From Pirellulales bacterium (lineage in GTDB: Bacteria > Planctomycetota > Planctomycetia > Pirellulales > PALSA-1355), in NCBI GenBank assembly GCA_963733035.1, contig CAVTBU010000006.1, positions 800,001 through 864,000 on the forward strand: a stretch of 64,000 nt of DNA, written 5' to 3'. A program made the translations under genes and the position numbers. The notes under the pieces were generated by a model. It had not been told where the DNA came from and did no database searches. It worked only from the letters and a program-made list of their open reading frames with translations. Shown here one piece after another: positions 42,161 to 50,389 of this stretch (positions within the stretch are counted from its first letter, which is position 1; each line of letters begins with the position of its first letter).

Positions 42161-42200
42161 CTTGGACATTGACTTATCAATCTAATCCGCCAACTTCACC

Positions 42201-43217
42201 ATGATTCGACATGCCCGCCGTTGCCTGAGTGGTCTCCTGCCCTGCTTTGTCATTCTTTCGTCTAATCTGTCAGCATTGGCCGTCATGATTCCCACCGTCC
42301 CAGTGGGCAATCTTGGCAACGCCAACGACTATACAGGCTACGGCAGCGTCAGCTACGCGTACAACATCGGCAAGTACGAGGTCACCAACGCCCAGTACGC
42401 CGCGTTCCTGAACGCCAAGGCAGCAAGTGATCCCCTGGCCCTCTACAACACAAACATGGGCAGTATTGCCTTCGGCGGCATCACTCGTAGTGGCGTCAGC
42501 GGCGGCTACACCTATGCGACCAAAACGAACATGGCAGACAAGCCGGTGGTGTTTGTGAGTTGGTACGACTCGATCCGCTTTGCCAACTGGCTCAATAACG
42601 GGCAGGGGTCGGGCGACACCGAAACCGGCGCATACACTCTGTTGGGCGGCACGCCCACGCCCTCGAATGGCCTGAGCATCACCCGCAACTTGGGAGCGAC
42701 GTGGTTCCTGCCGAGCGAAGACGAATGGTACAAGGCGGCCTATTATCAACCGGCCGCACAGGGAGGCGATGCGGACAACTACTGGCGCTATCCCACGGCC
42801 AGCAACACCATACCCACGATCGCCACGGCCAACAGTGTGGGCGATATTAGTAACCCTGGCTCGAACGTTGCCAACTTCAACGGCGGCGCGGATTGGAACG
42901 GCCTAGACAGCAACGTGACGACGGTCGGCAGCGCTGGACCCTTGAGTGAGAGCTTCTACGGCACGTCTGACCAAGGGGGCAATGTGTGGGAATGGAACGA
43001 AGCTCTGCTCTTCGAGTCGTTTCGGGGCTTGCGGGGTGGTTCGTTTGACTACGTCGTGAGCGGCTTGGCGTCCTCGCAGCGGACCTTCTTGAACCATCCG
43101 ACCTACCAGTACTTCAATGTCGGTTTCCGCGTGGCAAGCATTCCTGAGCCAAATACGGCAGTTCTAGGAATCGTCGGTTGTGCGTTGATGTGGGTACTAC
43201 GAAAGTGGTTCAAGTAG
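42201..43217 (+). CDS. SUMF1/FGE-sulfatase-domain protein with a PEP-CTERM tail
   Basis: IGKYEVTNAQY, PVVFVSW, LPSEDEWYKAAY, GGNVWEW, RGGS, VGFRVA and IPEP-TM-RK. Confidence 0.9.
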   Translation: MIRHARRCLSGLLPCFVILSSNLSALAVMIPTVPVGNLGNANDYTGYGSVSYAYNIGKYEVTNAQYAAFLNAKAASDPLALYNTNMGSIAFGGITRSGVSGGYTYATKTNMADKPVVFVSWYDSIRFANWLNNGQGSGDTETGAYTLLGGTPTPSNGLSITRNLGATWFLPSEDEWYKAAYYQPAAQGGDADNYWRYPTASNTIPTIATANSVGDISNPGSNVANFNGGADWNGLDSNVTTVGSAGPLSESFYGTSDQGGNVWEWNEALLFESFRGLRGGSFDYVVSGLASSQRTFLNHPTYQYFNVGFRVASIPEPNTAVLGIVGCALMWVLRKWFK

Positions 43218-43239
43218 CCCTTTAGCTCTTAACCTTGAC

Positions 43240-43270
43240 CCCCGGTGGTCTCAGACCACTGGGGCTTTTC
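43240..43270 (+). terminator. Intrinsic terminator
   Basis: CCCCGGTGGTC-TCA-GACCACTGGGG-CTTTT. Confidence 0.75.
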
Positions 43271-43361
43271 TCATGCGCTCAGCACTCAAAGGATGCCCGT
43301 AAACGTGGCATATGCCAGCCAGGAAAAAACAAGGAATGCGAAAACATGCCAAGCGAGCAAA

Positions 43362-43619
43362 TGACCTTCCCCACGATTCGTGGCGCGCGACAGAACTGGC
43401 ATAATGCCGGTGAAAGGAGCGTGTCATGGGTCGTCGAGTGTATTCGCGTGAGTTCAAGGTGTCGGCGGTCAAGTTGGTGAACCAGCAGGGCTATACGGTC
43501 GTGGAGGCGGCCAAGAGCCTGGGCGTGGACGCCGCCTCGATCCGCAATTGGCTGAAGAAGTTCGGGCCGGAAGTGGGCGTCAGCGCGAGCGGTGACTCGG
43601 CTTTGCGGGCGGAACTGCG
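43362..43619 (+). mobile_element. IS3-family remnant: left end plus truncated orfA
   Basis: TG-initiated TGACCTTCCCCACGATT end, AGGAG RBS and HTH orfA (RRVYSREFKVSAVKLV..AAKSLGV..IRNWLKK, from 43426), cut at a Y1 end. Confidence 0.8.
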
Positions 43620-43681
43620 GGGGAAGAAAAAGGGACATCACTGATTGTTTGGGGAAGAAAAAGGGACATCACTGATTGTTT
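43620..43681 (+). repeat. Tandem 2 x 31-bp Y1 left end (variant A)
   Basis: GGGGAAGAAAAAGGGACATCACTGATTGTTT twice. Confidence 0.92.
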
Positions 43682-43715
43682 GACGGGGTTCGCTGGATAG
43701 GGTTACGATGGCGGC

Positions 43716-44081
43716 ATGCCACGCACTGCACGAGCCGTCGAAGCCGGGTTGATCTATCACGTGCTCAATCGTGGGAACGGGCGGATGCGACTGTTTCACA
43801 AGGACGAAGATTACGCCGCCTTCGAGCGAGTGCTGGGCCAGGGGCTGGAGCGGTATCCGGTCGATCTGTTGACCTACTGCATCATGCCAAACCACTGGCA
43901 TCTCGTCGTGCGGCCGCGCACCGACGAGTCGCTGGGGCGCTGGCTGGGCTGGGTCGGCGTGACCCACGTGCGGCGGCACCACGAGCACTATCATCGCCGC
44001 GGCGGCGGGCACCTGTACCAGGGCCGGTTCAAGAGCTTTCCGGTGGAAAGCGACGAGGAGAAGAAAAGGGGACATCACTGA
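43716..44081 (+). pseudogene. 3'-truncated duplicate of Y1 gene 2
   Basis: Identical by eye to 44189..44530; stops at ..PVESDE, then reads into a new left end. Confidence 0.9.
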
Positions 44082-44153
44082 TTAATTGACGGGGTTCGCT
44101 GGATAGGGAGAAGAAAAGGGGACAGAGAAGAAAAGGGGACATCACTGATTAAT
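44058..44153 (+). repeat. Three nested Y1 left ends (variant B) of 50 bp, 17 bp and full length
   Basis: GAGAAGAAAAGGGGACA restarts at 44058, 44108 and 44125. Confidence 0.92.
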
Positions 44154-44188
44154 TGACGGGGTTCGCTGGATAGGGTTACGATGGCGGC

Positions 44189-44860
44189 ATGCCACGCACT
44201 GCACGAGCCGTCGAAGCCGGGTTGATCTATCACGTGCTCAATCGTGGGAACGGGCGGATGCGACTGTTTCACAAGGACGAAGATTACGCCGCCTTCGAGC
44301 GAGTGCTGGGCCAGGGGCTGGAGCGGTATCCGGTCGATCTGTTGACCTACTGCATCATGCCAAACCACTGGCATCTCGTCGTGCGGCCGCGCACCGACGA
44401 GTCGCTGGGGCGCTGGCTGGGCTGGGTCGGCGTGACCCACGTGCGGCGGCACCACGAGCACTATCATCGCCGCGGCGGCGGGCACCTGTACCAGGGCCGG
44501 TTCAAGAGCTTTCCGGTGGAAAGCGACGAGCACTTTCTGGCCCTTTGCCGCTACGTGGAGGCCAACCCACGGCGTGCGAAGCTGGTCGGGCGAGCCGAGC
44601 ACTGGCGTTGGAGTGGGCTGTGGCGGCGGACCTCGCGGGCGACCGACCTGCCGCTGAGCCGCTGGCCCATGCGGCGGCCGGCGAATTGGCAGGAGCGAGT
44701 GAACCGAGCCCTGCCGAGCGAGACGATGACGGCCTTAAGAGAATGCGTACAGCGCGGCCGCCCCTGGGGCGACGCGGCGTGGGTGCAAGAAACGGCCAGC
44801 CGCCTGGACCTCGGCTTCACCCTCCGCGGCCCCGGTCGCCCGAGAAATGGAAATCAGTGA
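44189..44860 (+). mobile_element. HUH/Y1 tyrosine transposase (RAYT/TnpA-REP-like), gene 2, full length
   Basis: YHVLNRGN, MPNHWH (HUH), QGRFKS, YVEANP and WRWS; the stop codon lies inside the right inverted repeat. Confidence 0.93.
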
Positions 44861-44902
44861 TGTCCCCTTTTCCTCTCCCAGTGATGTCCCCTTTTCCTCT
44901 CC
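44852..44902 (-). repeat. Right terminal inverted repeat, tandemly duplicated (27 + 24 bp)
   Basis: AATCAGTGATGTCCCCTTTTCCTCTCC then CAGTGATGTCCCCTTTTCCTCTCC; reverse complement of the left end with one mismatch. Confidence 0.92.
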
Positions 44903-45032
44903 AACGGGCATCAAGTACATCACACCGGGTGGGGAAGCCAACATCCCACAGAGAATCGTCGATTGGCTCCAGGACGGAAACAAAAACGGACTTGGCTACG
45001 CGATCGAAATCGTCGACTTTCCAATTCCATAG
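44903..45032 (+). pseudogene. Orphan 3' gene fragment, possibly a polymorphic-toxin tip
   Basis: TGIKYITPGGEANIPQRIVDWLQDGNKNGLGYAIEIVDFPIP* has no start of its own and ends 6 nt before the next gene. Confidence 0.45.
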
Positions 45033-45038
45033 GCGGCC

Positions 45039-46094
45039 ATGATGCTTGAGCGTGACGGAGGCCGCCTAGTAGTGTCAAGCCAGCTGCTCTCGGTGGAGGA
45101 GCTGCGATCGACAATCGACACGATTTGCCAGAATCGATCGGGAGCACGTTGGAGTCTATGGTGCTTTGATGGACGCTGGCGACCACCCAATGAATTAGAT
45201 GAAGTCCTGGTGTACCTCCCCCGCCGACTGGCGCCTCTCGCCTGCTTTCGCCTTTGTCAGGACGGAGGAGTCGTCTGCCATGTGAAAGTCAATCTCGATT
45301 GCCGCTATGAACCGGCGATGCTCGGGACGCTCCTGGAGTTTCTCAGGGACTTCCCACATGATCAGGTGTCGGTGGTTGGAATAAGTTGTCGAGTGGTCAC
45401 GCGTTCCGACGCAGACACGTCCGCTGGCAAGTTTCTGTTGACAGTAACTGGACGAACAACACGAAGATTGCCAAACTTTCTCGTTGGGTTGGGTCACGTG
45501 TACGGACTGAAGGACCTCGATCAGCGGCGCCGTTTTTTCGAGAGTGCTATCTCGTTGGGATTGCCGAACGACGTCGAAATCACTTGCTCACATGATGGCT
45601 TTGAACTGCGCTCGACGTCTTCGATCGAATTGAAACAACAAGGCCTTAAGAACGGCCGGAATCCTTATGGCTTCCACGTGGAATCAATCAAGAGCTTTGC
45701 CGAAGCATGGCCGCGCGCCGCCGGTATACTGACCAGCCCTCTAATCGATCACATCAGTACGGTTGGCGTGGGAGTTGTAACAGATCCCGCAGGGTATGTA
45801 AAGTTTCATGAGATACTGAACAACCTCGCCACCGGCTGGGAAGTGCAAATAGACGGTGGCTATGATCCAGATATCGATCCGTACTCAACAGATGCTTCAA
45901 GGTCGCTCGACGGCCGATTTCCAATTCTCACCTGGATGGCAGAAGAAGCTCCTGAATATCTCTACTTTGGGGCCGACATCGTTCCAATGCCTGATGGTCG
46001 CGTGCTAGAGATTCACAGTAACTGTGGCAACATCGAGATGCTACTCGGGGAAGCTGAGTCTGCAAGTGGTATCTCGTTCGCGCCAGTACAATAG
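45039..46094 (+). CDS. Hypothetical protein, lower GC, putative immunity-type protein
   Basis: 351-aa ORF with visibly AT-richer codon usage. Confidence 0.6.
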   Translation: MMLERDGGRLVVSSQLLSVEELRSTIDTICQNRSGARWSLWCFDGRWRPPNELDEVLVYLPRRLAPLACFRLCQDGGVVCHVKVNLDCRYEPAMLGTLLEFLRDFPHDQVSVVGISCRVVTRSDADTSAGKFLLTVTGRTTRRLPNFLVGLGHVYGLKDLDQRRRFFESAISLGLPNDVEITCSHDGFELRSTSSIELKQQGLKNGRNPYGFHVESIKSFAEAWPRAAGILTSPLIDHISTVGVGVVTDPAGYVKFHEILNNLATGWEVQIDGGYDPDIDPYSTDASRSLDGRFPILTWMAEEAPEYLYFGADIVPMPDGRVLEIHSNCGNIEMLLGEAESASGISFAPVQ

Positions 46095-46134
46095 GGCGCC
46101 AACATAGCCTTCGAGGTCGCCTGCCAAAGCTTGC

Positions 46135-46462
46135 ATGATGCTTGAACAAACTGACAGAATCGACGTTATCGCAAAGACGCCGGATGGCAAGCTGCTTTTC
46201 GTCATTACGGACGCTGGCTTGACTCCGGATCCTGAGGAGCGTTTTCGTCTACTGCTTGCCAAGCTGAGCACCTATGTTGGCTACATCATGGGCGATGACT
46301 TTTCCCGCGAACATCCGGACAAGGCCCCCTCTGACGTCGCCATTCAGATCATGTGTGCGCGCCCCTCCCACGCCACAAATGCAGGGTCTCACCCAAATCA
46401 ATCCGTCCGGTCGCCCCGACCTGACCATTCCGGTGTGCTGCAAATTTTTCGCACAAGGTTAA
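46135..46462 (+). CDS. DUF6572-like small protein with a frameshift at ~46362
   Basis: IDVIAK..LFVITD..LLAKLSTYVGYI, continuing in another frame as PPTPQMQGL..IPV. Confidence 0.5.
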
Positions 46463-46542
46463 GCAGCGTCATGATGCCATGTAGGAAGCCGCTGGTAGGA
46501 TGGCGAGTTGAATTGGACTCGCTCGAATACAGGAGGCTCGAC

Positions 46543-46641
46543 ATGGCTGCGTATTTCGTGGGATTGGATGTGCACTTGCCGCCTTGTACAAAAAGAATGC
46601 CACAGCCTGTTCGGCACTTCGGGAGCGTCGTCGAGCCGTGA
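46543..46641 (+). pseudogene. IS110-family transposase N-terminal stub
   Basis: AGGAGG RBS, then MAAYFVGLDVH (first catalytic Asp motif), followed by unrelated sequence. Confidence 0.5.
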
Positions 46642-46651
46642 TTTTCGGAGA

Positions 46652-46675
46652 AATTAAAGGGGACGTGAACCTTTT
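46652..46675 (+). repeat. Solo copy of the Y1 gene-1 end
   Basis: Exact reverse complement of 41718-41741. Confidence 0.9.
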
Positions 46676-47417
46676 TCTGTTTGTCGGGGCACTTACGAAT
46701 CACTAGGCCGGTCGGGATCCGTTGGGCCGGGTGAGCGGCTGCTGCGGCAGGAGGACAGCGGCACGCCCGCCAGGCGTCTTGAGGACGGGCACCGATTTGC
46801 ATTCTATCGCATTCCCGCTCCGGATGATGGCTTTGACCTTTTCAAGGGCCGTAACTTTTCTCGCCGGTCCGACCCTTCTCACCCGCATTTTTCTGCCGTG
46901 CGTCGCGATGGAAGCCGCTTTGCGACTTTGCCTCTTTCAATCGAGCCAGCCGTTGGGCTAGCCTACGGTCGGCAAATTCTGGACAGGGGACGCGCGGAGG
47001 ACCGTCATGTTTCATATCGGGCAAAATACGAAAGCTGCGGGCTACGACATGTGTCATTTATCAGGTTACAAAAGGCGAAAAGAAAAGTGCGCGCAACTTT
47101 CATCCCGAAAAAATGCCACTCGAAAATCTTGCGAATTCCGAACCGGGCCAGTTGCGAAGTTTGCAGGCCGTCAATCGCCGCTCGCGCTGCCACCGCGACA
47201 CCGAAAAACTCGCGCTGCCGAAAACATGCTTGAAATCGCGCCGGCACTTCTACGACAATTTCGCTTGGCTGGACTTCGCAAACGGCCGTCGACAAAAGGT
47301 GCTGCCCCTCCCTACGTCGCCGTGGCCGGGGCGAGCGTGTCGCTGGGCAGACGGCCGGGCATGGGCGCGGGAAAGGGGCGGGAAATGCGTGTGGCGAAAG
47401 ACAAATCGGGCCGCGCT

Positions 47418-47446
47418 TTGACAGTGCCCGCGGGGGGCGGTAGCCT
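47418..47446 (+). promoter_or_regulatory. Sigma70-type promoter for gpx
   Basis: TTGACA-17 nt-TAGCCT. Confidence 0.55.
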
Positions 47447-47604
47447 GCTACAAGGTCGATTGAGCATTCATTCGGCCGAGCATCGCGTGGCATGGCCGCT
47501 GGCGAGACTGGCAAATGCCACGACTGCCTGGTTTGATAGAAGGATTCCGTTTCCCGCGTTCCGGTTTGATCCCACCCGTTCAATCGCGTTTATCGGAGAT
47601 ACCC

Positions 47605-48174
47605 ATGAAGATTGCTGCCCTGGTCGCCTTCGGGCTGTTGGCGTTCGGCTTTGTTTCGACTGGTTCGGCCGCCGACAAGGAGAGCCCGCTCGACTTCAAG
47701 ATGAAGAGCATCGACGGCAAGGACGTCGACCTGTCGAAGTACAAGGGAGAGGTGGTGCTGATGGTCAACGTGGCCAGCAAGTGCGGCCTGACCCCGCAAT
47801 ACGAGCAGTTGGAAGCGGTTTACAGCAAGTACAAGGACAAGGGTTTCGAAGTGTTCGGTTTTCCGGCCAACGAGTTTGGCAAGCAAGAGCCTGGCACCGA
47901 TCAGGAAATCAAGGAGTTCTGCACGACGAACTTCAGCGTTGACTTCCCGATGTTCTCGAAGATCAAGGTGAAGGGGGAAGGCATCCATCCGCTCTACCAG
48001 TATTTGACCGCGCTCGACACCGAACCGGCCAAGGCGGGGGACATTTCGTGGAACTTTGAGAAGTTTCTGATCGGCCGCGACGGCAAGGTGGTGAAGCGAT
48101 TCAGCCCCCGAGTGAAGCCCGACGCCCCGGAAGTGGTCGAGGCGATCGAAGCCGAACTGAACAAGAAGTCGTAG
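47605..48174 (+). CDS. Glutathione peroxidase (Cys type, exported)
   Basis: VNVASKCGLTPQY, GFPANEFGKQEPG and WNFEKFL; signal peptide and GGAG RBS. Confidence 0.95.
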   Translation: MKIAALVAFGLLAFGFVSTGSAADKESPLDFKMKSIDGKDVDLSKYKGEVVLMVNVASKCGLTPQYEQLEAVYSKYKDKGFEVFGFPANEFGKQEPGTDQEIKEFCTTNFSVDFPMFSKIKVKGEGIHPLYQYLTALDTEPAKAGDISWNFEKFLIGRDGKVVKRFSPRVKPDAPEVVEAIEAELNKKS

Positions 48175-48217
48175 CACAGAACACGAGAGTCCTTCGCTAA
48201 CGAATCGAGTTTCCAAC

Positions 48218-48261
48218 AGACGGGTTTCGCCTGCACAGCAGCGGGCGGCCCGTCTTTTTTT
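48218..48261 (+). terminator. Intrinsic terminator
   Basis: AGACGGG..CGCCTGC/GCGGGCG..CCCGTCT plus T tract. Confidence 0.65.
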
Positions 48262-48339
48262 GTCCCTCCCAAAGCTGAGTGATGTGGTTCGGCGATGTGA
48301 ACAGTGAAATCGGCGACATTGATAACAGGAGTCAACTTC

Positions 48340-48969
48340 ATGCATCGAGTTCTGGCGTACGTGGCGTTCGTGCTATTACTTTTCACCGCCAATGCTGCCG
48401 TGGGTGAACCGTTGGTCTTGGCAACTCTTGGTGCCTACGACGCCACGGATCAGCCGATTAGCGAGATTCCGTTGGGAGGCCAGTTCGAATTGCGCGCCTA
48501 CGTTGAGGACCTGCGCCCCGACACGTTCCCTTCGGGAATCTTCTCCGCCTTTTTGCAGGTTGCCTTCGATCCGTCGCGCATCGCCGCCATGGGGCCCTTC
48601 GAAATAGATTCGTTCTTCAATCTGATTCACGTGACACAGTTGGAATCCAACTCGCTCATCGGCGGGGGTGTCACGAGCTCGATACAACCCCCGGGGCTGG
48701 GCCAGCACCTCTTATTTACGTTGCCAATGCAGGCCACGAGCCCCGGCGTCGTGGCCTTCGATCCCTCGATTGCTCCCGGCGTGGAAAACGAGTGGTTGCT
48801 ATACGGAATTGACGTCCCGTTGACGCCGGACCAAATTCAGCTCGCGGGTACAAGGCTCAGCATCCTTCCCGAGCCATCGCAAATAGCGCTTAGCGGCATG
48901 GGGTCGCTGGCACTGGGGCTCGTCGGACGAAGCGGCCGGCGAAAGCGTCGTCGAGCGATGGTGGATTGA
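48340..48969 (+). CDS. PEP-CTERM-like protein with a cohesin-like beta sandwich
   Basis: Signal peptide, FELRAYVEDLR..GIFSAFLQVAFD and LPEPS-TM-RRKRRR. Confidence 0.7.
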   Translation: MHRVLAYVAFVLLLFTANAAVGEPLVLATLGAYDATDQPISEIPLGGQFELRAYVEDLRPDTFPSGIFSAFLQVAFDPSRIAAMGPFEIDSFFNLIHVTQLESNSLIGGGVTSSIQPPGLGQHLLFTLPMQATSPGVVAFDPSIAPGVENEWLLYGIDVPLTPDQIQLAGTRLSILPEPSQIALSGMGSLALGLVGRSGRRKRRRAMVD

Positions 48970-48971
48970 CG

Positions 48972-49412
48972 ATGCAGCGATCGCAAGCATACGGCATCCA
49001 TATCATATTGCCATTTCTGTTCACAATATTGGCAGCCTGCGAACTGGTTGTCGCCGCGCCGCCACCCGACTTCGCCAGCGAAGTACAGCCGATCTTCGCC
49101 AAACATTGCTACGCATGCCATGGGCCTAAGGAAGAAGAAGGTGGTCTACGGCTCGACGATCGCGCGAGGGCGATGGAAGGCGGGGTGAGCGGGCCGGTCA
49201 TCGTGCCGGGCAAGGCGTCCGAGAGCTATCTCTGGCAGTTTGTCACTGGACGGAACGAAGATCGGATCGTGATGCCACCCAAGGGCAAGGGTGAGCGGCT
49301 GACCGAGGATCAATGTGAAACGATCCGCCGCTGGATCGACGCCGGGGCGATCTGGCCAGACAACGGCGGAACAAAGGCGGTTTCTGTACGCCGCCGTGTC
49401 GGCAAATTATGA
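48972..49412 (+). CDS. Planctomycete cytochrome c domain protein (stand-alone)
   Basis: DFASEVQPIF..CYACHG..GGLRLD..MPP..IRRWIDAGA. Confidence 0.85.
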   Translation: MQRSQAYGIHIILPFLFTILAACELVVAAPPPDFASEVQPIFAKHCYACHGPKEEEGGLRLDDRARAMEGGVSGPVIVPGKASESYLWQFVTGRNEDRIVMPPKGKGERLTEDQCETIRRWIDAGAIWPDNGGTKAVSVRRRVGKL

Positions 49413-49480
49413 TGTGACGAGTCGCCAGCGGCTAAAGTCGCCCGTGGTGTAAACCGCGGCTAATTCTGGGAGTGACCTGC

Positions 49481-50329
49481 ATGGAGCGTTGCTTGTCGAG
49501 ACGAGAGTTTCTGGGTGTCAGTGCCGGTGCACTCGTTGCGACCAACTGTAGAGATTTCGCCTGCGCCGCGCCCACTCCCATGCGGTTTGGGGGCTTCCTG
49601 ATGGGGCTGCAGACGTCGTCGATGCGTCCGTTTGCGGTTGACGACGTGCTGGCCGCGATCGCCGAATTGGAACTGCCGAGCGTGGAGTTCATCGATGATC
49701 ACTTCAGCGTCAATTCATCGGATGCTGACATCGAGGCGATGCTGAGCAAGACTCGCTCCCTGGGAATTCGGGTCATGGGACACGGCGTGGATCGTTTTGG
49801 GGCCGATCACGAGGCGAATCGCCGCTGGTTCGAGTTTGCCAAGAAAGCGGGGATCAAAAACATTTCGGCCGATCCCAGCGAGGACGCCTTCGACAGCCTC
49901 GACGAGCTGTGCGAGGAGTACCAGATTCGCATTGCCATCCACAATCACGGTCCCGGTGCACGCTACGACAAGATTGTCGACGTTCTAGACCCCATTGACG
50001 GTCGCCATCGACTGATTGGTGCCTGCGCCGATTTGGGGCACTACATCCGTTCTGACGAAGACCCGGTGCGCGCTATTCGTCTCTTCGAGGGGCGATTATA
50101 CGGCATTCACCTCAAAGACTACGATCAGCGCAACGCCGAGGCCAAGGGAGTGATCATTGGCCAGGGTCATCTCGATCTGGAAGCAGTCTTCGCGGCGCTG
50201 GGCAAAGTGAATTTCCCGGCCGATGGCTGTTTCTCGTTGGAATACGAGGCCGATCGAAAGCATCCACTGCCGGGCATTCGGGCTTGTCTGACTGCGGCCA
50301 ACACCGCGGCCCAGAAAGCGGCAAACTGA
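49481..50329 (+). CDS. Sugar phosphate isomerase/epimerase (xylose-isomerase-like TIM barrel), Tat signal
   Basis: SRREFL, IAIHNHGP, ADLGHY, IHLKD and SLEYE. Confidence 0.88.
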   Translation: MERCLSRREFLGVSAGALVATNCRDFACAAPTPMRFGGFLMGLQTSSMRPFAVDDVLAAIAELELPSVEFIDDHFSVNSSDADIEAMLSKTRSLGIRVMGHGVDRFGADHEANRRWFEFAKKAGIKNISADPSEDAFDSLDELCEEYQIRIAIHNHGPGARYDKIVDVLDPIDGRHRLIGACADLGHYIRSDEDPVRAIRLFEGRLYGIHLKDYDQRNAEAKGVIIGQGHLDLEAVFAALGKVNFPADGCFSLEYEADRKHPLPGIRACLTAANTAAQKAAN

Positions 50330-50389
50330 GTTTCTGACCAATGCGAATTCCAACCAATTCGATCTAGAGAAAATAGGGAGTCCTTCTTC

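Noticed and set aside
43620..44153. CRISPR array (repeats with variable spacing)
   Set aside because: The intervening sequences are nested prefixes of the same element rather than unique spacers, and no cas genes are present.
46703..46888. 61-aa minus-strand ORF beside the solo Y1 end
   Set aside because: No recognisable motif or RBS; cannot be supported.
47605..48174. Selenoprotein glutathione peroxidase
   Set aside because: The active-site codon is TGC (Cys).
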